NCBI GenBank assembly: GCA_951406725.2
Contig: OX597828.1
Location: 32,302,001 to 32,366,000 of the forward strand
Reading direction: 5' to 3'
Origin: Octopus vulgaris
Lineage: Eukaryota
DNA: 64,000 bases
Shown: in pieces, positions 57,187-64,000 of the stretch
Numbering within the stretch: the first letter of the stretch is position 1
Layout: every line of letters begins with the position of its first letter
The notes under the pieces: generated by a model
What the model was told of the DNA's origin: nothing
The model's input: the letters and a program-made list of their open reading frames with translations, nothing else
Databases searched by the model: none
Made by a program: the position numbers and the translations under genes

Positions 57187-57244
57187 TATACATATATATA
57201 TATATATACATACATATATATATATATATATATATGAATATATG

Positions 57245-57313
<69 letters not shown>

Positions 57314-57324
57314 TATATACATGC

Positions 57325-57500
57325 ATACATGGGCACAGGACGTCACCAGTGTTTGGTTCAAATAACATAAAATACCTAAACAGACGAGGGAAAAACGGGT
57401 AAAATACGTGACTGACGAGAAAATGGAAGACAGGACAAGTAGAAAACAGAGATAAGACCCTTCATCAGTTGTCGACTGTCCCTCTACTCTTCATTTCGAA
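57325..57500 (-). mobile_element. (TA)n-embedded pLTR-like cassette related to 52613-52900
   Basis: On the + strand: CACAGGAC..CAC..., then CCCTTCATCAGTT...TTTCGAA, with (TA)n on both sides. Confidence 0.55.
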
Positions 57501-57517
57501 AAAATATATATATATAT

Positions 57518-57925
57518 TTCTCTTTTATTCTCTTTTACTTGTTTCAGTCACTTGACTGCGGCCATGCTGGAGCACCGCCTTTAATCGAGCAACTCGACCC
57601 CGGGACTTATTCTTCGTAAGCCCAGTACTTATTCTATCGGTCTCTTTTTGCCGAACCGCTAAGTGACGGGGACATAAAAACACCAGCATCGGTTTTCAAG
57701 CACTGCTATGGGGACAAACACAGACACACAAACACACAGACATACATATATATATATATATACATATATCCGACATGCTTCTTTCAGTTTCCCTCTACCT
57801 AATCCATTCACAAGGCATTAGTCGGCCCGAGGCTATAGCAGAAGACACTTGCCCAAGATGCCACGTAGACTGAACCCGGAACTATGTGGCTGGTAAGCAA
57901 GCTACTTACCACACAGCCACACCTG
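57518..57925 (-). mobile_element. SINE family A, near full length
   Basis: Collinear with 19985-20420. Confidence 0.9.
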
Positions 57926-59376
57926 TGTGGTATATATCTGTAAATGTGATATGTGACAATTATTCGGTAGCCATGATAAAAATCCGAGTTTCGGATGCCG
58001 AGGTGGAAATCCACTCCGCCATCTCTTCACTTATCCGGCCATCGGGAAAACGTTATGAAAAAATAAATTCCTGTGTTTATATATATGTATGTATGTATAC
58101 ATATATGTAAAATTTTAATAATCAGTAACTGGAGAGAGAACTTTTGATCAACAAACAAACAGATTGGACCACATCTGTAGATTATTTTTAATACAAAACC
58201 TGAAATAACATTTCTATGAGATAACATTTGTTACCGCAGTTTCCGCTTCCAATGAAAGTCGGTGCTCACGGAAGAACTTTGAAAATAATATACGTCATCT
58301 TCATAGGGCATTCGATCTAGTATATGCAGCTTCATCAGAGTGAACACAAAAGCGTAAAATACAATAAACAAAGGTAAAAAGGAATAGGAAAGAACAGAGC
58401 CTATTCTCTAAGCCCTCTACATCTGCTGCGTATGTGTGTATGTTTGCACGTGTGTATGTGTGAGTGCGTATGCGAGTGTGTATGTGTGTGTATTTGTGTC
58501 TGTGCATGCGAGTTTCTTTATTTGTGACTGTATTAGACCACTACCGCTTTACGACCGGTGCTGGTTACCATAACTGAGCGGGGTGGTATGCTGAACCGAT
58601 GAAATATTTTCCAGTCTTTAAAAGAGTAAAAACTGGTGTCGGTTTGATTGGATATAAAATATTTATGACGGTTCCACAAAAGTGACGCTAGCTTACATAA
58701 GTAAACTATTAAATATTATGTGTTTGTTAAAAGGAACGTATCAAACCAGACATTTACTCTATAATGTCTTTAATTTCCTTACAAACATGTCATATTAGTG
58801 TCTCTGTACACAGTTTTAAACCATTACCGTCATATTTCTCAAGATAGAAAGAAAATGGTAATTTAATTCAATGCTATGAAAAAATTACTACGATTAGTAT
58901 GTATAAATATTTTCTTTTGACGCCAGAGTGTTGACTGTAAATACTATTATTAAACGGTTATCTGTTGCGTTAGTGATTAAGCAACTTCGATGAGCGTAAT
59001 TAGCTTAATTTTCTTATTGATTTAGATTCATAATTCTTACATAATTTTAACAAGTATGATTATATGTATTATGAAAACATAGTTTTTTTTTTCGGGTTTT
59101 AATAATTTATTCTGGGGTTATCTACTTGATGGTTCCATACATCTTAAGAGGACTTAATTTTCAGTAGTTATGATAAAATATATTTCATGAATAAAACAAA
59201 TTTTGACTTAAATATTTTCTGTCGGAATATTTTCGAAATATACAGAAGCTGATGTGACACTTTATTTATATGTAATTACACAATATTTATTTACACGAAT
59301 ATTATGTGTGAGTGTGTGTATGTGTATGTGTGTATGTGCGTGTGCATATGTGTACGTATGTTATGCATGCATGACT

Positions 59377-59433
<57 letters not shown>

Positions 59434-60792
59434 TAAAAACACGTTCACACACGTAAACACGCGCACATATATTTATTTAACATACAGATAAATTTAATTG
59501 TTAGTAATATGTTTCTATATTACATGTGTTTTACAATTATATAATAGACGTCTAGTTCAATTTAGAAAATATACAAGGTAATGTATACCGAGCAATACAT
59601 TGTTATTCTGAAGCATGCATAAATAATGTCATTGGTGGATAATTGGTATGGATATCCAAATATTATTATTGAAATATATGCTAAACAGTACTACCTGGCT
59701 AAGACACTAATAAAAAATGTTCGTTTCTAAACGAAAATGGCTAAAATGAATCAGTGGAAATATGTTCGGATAAGGTATAGAATTATCTCTGTTTCATCAT
59801 TGAGTAAATCACATAGACACAAAGCCTGAAACTTTGTAGAAGATGATACTGGATTATGCAGATCTGAGCACTCAAATTCTTTTGAAAAGACGAAAGGAAA
59901 GTCAACCTCGGAGATTTTTCATACCAGAATGTAAAACCATAGGAAAAGCCCTGAGCATTGTGACCGTTGTGGTCACGATTTTGTTGCCTTGTCATCCTAG
60001 TGTCGTGTAAAAATAATGAATAACTGTCGTAATAATTATATCTAATCTATAACAAACTTGGAAATAAATTTTTCAGAGTTTCAAATCCGTTTTTAATAAT
60101 ATTTAAATGCTTTTTCAGCTAGAAATTCGATATTAGATGTAAATTGCCAGCTACCTGTAAAGATAAGAATAGAATTGTAACTGTTTTAATGTTACGTAGT
60201 GTGATCTTTTTGTTTAACCGAATTCTATCAGAATATCATCCACATTAATACGTAAATATATTTTGTTTTGATAGGAATAATGATAAATTGATATAAGATA
60301 ATAATTTGCATAAACGACGTAGGTGATGATCGAAATTTATATACTTTGTGGTTTGATTTCGATGGGTGTTACCTATAGAATTGGAAATGAATTGATCATA
60401 ATGTGTGCGCGCGCGAGTGTGTGCGTGTGTGTTAGTTTGTGTGTTTAAATAAATATAGACATGTAAGTAATGAATGTACACATTGATGACAAAGATAATT
60501 TTGTGATAACTGTTTCCAATATTGTATATTTAAGGAATTTACGACATAAGCACTAGGTTATATTTGTTTAAATCATCATTACCTTCTAGAGTTATTATAC
60601 TTTTCGTGTAACGGATTACCATATGCTGAATTATGTATTCGTAAAGACTTTCTTACTGGAAGAATGCAGCTTATGTAGATGTTTGACCATAGACACAGCT
60701 TACAACAACGTATAATCTGGTAAATCTTCAAAAATTGAAATTACACGGCTTTCTTGAAACTAGATGTATGTTCTTTAGAAAGTATATGTGTG

Positions 60793-60893
<101 letters not shown>

Positions 60894-60898
60894 ATGTA

Positions 60899-61762
60899 CG
60901 CGGTGTAGTGAAATGTATCCGAACTTGATCTTTTGCAGAAATTAATAATGCGTGAGCAAATTTCGCACAGGAATTAGGTGGCCGCGTCCTTTCTGAGCAG
61001 CCGTAAACAGTTTCATGTCCGCAGATTGTGCCATTTGCCCACAGTGACGCGTTTGGTACAGACGTCGAAAGAGTGCTGCGCAATTTTTCTTTTTAATTCA
61101 GGATGATGGAGCACATTGAGCAAAGATTATGTATTAAATTCTGCCAAAAACTTGGTCATACGCTAGCCCAGTCCATCAAGAATGTTCAGAAGGCTTTTGG
61201 AGATGATACTATGAGTAAAACACAAATAAGGGAGTGATACAGCCAGTTCAAAGACGGCTACACCTCAGTGGACAATGTACCACATTGTGACCAGACAATA
61301 AACAAAGAATATTGCCTGGGGCTTCTGTGTCGCATTTGTGAAAGTCTGCGGCGCAAACGACCCGGCCTGTGGACAGCAAAAAACTGGCACCTCCACCATG
61401 ACAACGCACACGCTCATTCTGCCCACGTCGTCCAAGAATTACTCGTCAAGCAAAACACACCACCTGTTCGTCAGTATTCATCCACCCCGTTCTTGGCTCC
61501 GTGTGATTTTTAACTATTTCCAAGGCTCAAGAATATACGCAAAGGAAGCACATTTGAGTCAACAGAGGGCATTCAGCAAAATGTGAGGGCACAGCTCTGC
61601 AGCATCGCAAAAAGTGATTTCCAGAAATGTTTCCAGCAATGGCAACAACTCTGGTAAAAATATGTAGGCTCCGAAGGCAAATACTTTGAAGAAATCAAAA
61701 TGATTAGATTTTTAATATTAATTTTTTTTACCAAAGGTCGGATACGTTTTCACTACACCTCG
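60899..61762 (+). mobile_element. Internally deleted mariner (DD34D, irritans-like) element
   Basis: TIRs CGCGGTGTAGTGAAATGTATCCGAACTT / AAGGTCGGATACGTTTTCACTACACCTCG. The ORF from 61103 reads MMEHIEQRLCIKFCQKLG...AFGDDTMSKTQIRE*YSQFKDGYTSVDN joined to QTINKEY...RRKRPGLW..WHLHHDNAHAH...LAPCDF*LFPRLK...GKYFE. Confidence 0.92.
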
Positions 61763-61774
61763 CATACACCCACA

Positions 61775-61905
<131 letters not shown>

Positions 61906-62349
61906 CTTGCGTTTTGATTGTGTGTGCGCGCGAGTGTCTATCGAGTTCTTACTCATTTCTACTGTACGTCGCACTAAGGTTCCAGCACTTATTTCGGGTA
62001 TTTACATTCGTATGAAATTCCTTCATATTCACTCCAGAGCTTGTTCCTCTTTGGGTTTGACCTATGTTCTCATTCTACTTTGCTTTTACTTATTTTAAGA
62101 TAACGAACTTGTTATAGCGTAGGGATAGCAAGAACTGATTTAATCTTCAAAAATTATTTTGATAGGCAAATAGTTAATAATAATCAACTTATCCTTTTTT
62201 ACTGTATCTGTTACTTATCTGCTTTTCAGAGTTAGTCTTATCCGGAAATAACAGTGTATTGATGTGCCATGCGTAATAGGAAATACAAGAAGACACACGT
62301 AGTGGGGGACTAGTGTTCTGATTTATATATCATATTCCTGTCCAAACTA

Positions 62350-63523
62350 TCCCGTCAAATCACAAGGTCTGCCCGATTTTTATAGAATTAACATTTCTTT
62401 CATTAAAACCCTTTCTAACAAGGAAGTATCCAAAGAGCATTTGAGACACATAATGTTGTATGAGTACAGAAAAGGAAATTCTGCAGCCGAAGAGACTCGA
62501 AACATGCAGTCAGTTTATGGGAAAGAATGCTTCAATGGAAGAAATTGTCGAAGATTTTTTTGCAAAATTCAGAAGAGGAGATTTCGGCCTTGAAGATAAA
62601 GATCGAACAGGACTTCTAGTTGCGTTTTATGATAAGCTCCTTGAGGCATTACTTGTAGAAAATCTTGCAGTATCAGTTGAAGAGTTGGCAACAAAGCTTA
62701 GTTCAAACCATACAACAGTTCATCGTCATCTTCAAGAACTTGGAAAGTTTCATAAACTTGGAAACTGGGTGCCTCTTGGATTGTCCGAAAGCAACCAAAA
62801 ATCGCGAGTTGACATCTGTTCTTCTCACCATTCTCGCGAACTCATTTCACCCTTTTTGGATAGACTTGCGACTGGTGATGGAAAATGGATCTTCTAGCCA
62901 AATGTTAAACGTCGTAAACAGTGGCTTGGTAAAAGGGAAAAAGCTCAACCATAACCAAGAAGGGAACTTCATGGGAAAAAGTTTCTTCTCTCTATCTGAT
63001 GGGATTGCAAAGGGGCAATTCACTTTGAATTGTTACCACCTAATGCAACAATCAATGCTCAAGTCTTCTGTCAGCAATTAGAGCGTTTGAACCAAGCTTT
63101 GAAGTAAAAAGACCTGATTTAGTGAATCAAATAGGAGTGATGTTTCATCAGGACAATGCGCGACCCCACACTGCAAATTCCACATCACAGAAGATCGAAG
63201 AGCTTGGTTGGGAAAAAATTCCTCATCTACCTTATTCTCCCTACTGTGCTCCTTCAGGCTACCATTTGTTTCGTAGTTTACAGAATCATTTGGGGGTGCA
63301 TAACCTTTGCAAGCCAGGAGGAAGTCGAAACTGACATTTCAGAGTTCTTCGCTTTGAAACCAAAAGAGTTTTACATTGATGGGATATAAAACTTGCAAAT
63401 ACATGGACAGAAGTCATAGATAATCAGGGAAAGTACTTTGATGATTAAATTTCAATCAAATATAACATTTGATCACTTGTTTTCTGTATTCAAAATTCGG
63501 AGATAACTTATGGGATGACCTGT
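62350..63523 (+). mobile_element. Near full-length decayed mariner (DD34D, cecropia/Hsmar1-like)
   Basis: The 3' TIR is AAATTCGGAGATAACTTATGGGATGACCTGT+TA; a decayed 5' TIR is at 62350-62380. Confidence 0.9.
62420..63448 (+). pseudogene. mariner transposase pseudogene
   Basis: EVSKEHLRHIMLYEYRKGNSAAE...FAKFRRGDFGLEDK...WVPLGL...FLDRLATGDGKWI...WDCKG..HFELL...FHQDNARPHTA...WEKIPHLPYSPYCAPSGYHLFRSLQN...GKYFDD*, with several stops and frameshifts and the start ATG apparently mutated to AAG. Confidence 0.93.
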
Positions 63524-64000
63524 TAAAACCATTTCTAGCGACAAACTACATAGCATTGTAAGCCTCTGAAAAAGAACACATTTCATGTTATCATATATAC
63601 ATTACAAAAATGTTAAATAAAACGTTGTTGTCCCCATGAGATTCATTTAAGTATAAAATATATTAATATTAGACATTTTCAAATTATTGTCAGTGAAGTT
63701 AATTAATATATTTAATTGAGTTATATATGAATGCTTAAGTTTAAAATAGCTTTTGTAATACTAAGTTTTATTGTCAGACGTGTTCTGGTTGATGTGAACT
63801 TACAAAAATTTACTTCAGTCATTCATAATTATTGCAAACTCGTCAGGATTGTACAAAGTGCGAGACTTCGGACTTGTAAAGTAAATTGTTTAGAGCTAGT
63901 TTTAAGGTTACAATCTGGTTACATTGTCATTCTGTCCTTCAAACTGGATGGATTAAATACCAGTAATTTCCTATGGTCACATTAAATTTGTTACAGTTAT

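Overview
AT-rich eukaryotic non-genic (intergenic or intronic) DNA saturated with microsatellites ((TA)n, (CA)n, (GA)n, (AAT)n, (AGAT)n). The SINE repertoire and repeat landscape resemble an octopus/coleoid cephalopod genome; this is pattern recognition, not a database result. I found no convincing host protein-coding gene, and nearly all ORFs in the track are microsatellite read-through. The window is a transposon graveyard. It holds about 8 clear copies of a tRNA-derived SINE with an internal microsatellite, two other SINE families, four Tc1/mariner relics (three with recognisable TIRs), an internally deleted Helitron, an RTE-type LINE fragment and two Penelope-like (GIY-YIG) relics. The most interesting signal is a set of short non-coding cassettes sitting in or against (TA)n/(CA)n tracts. 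Many carry hammerhead-ribozyme-like cores (CUGANGA...GAAA...NUH, minimal palindromic stem III), some in an apparently permuted order. There are also several long fold-back inverted repeats, a templated 51-bp insertion inside a Penelope ORF, and a pre-miRNA-like hairpin.
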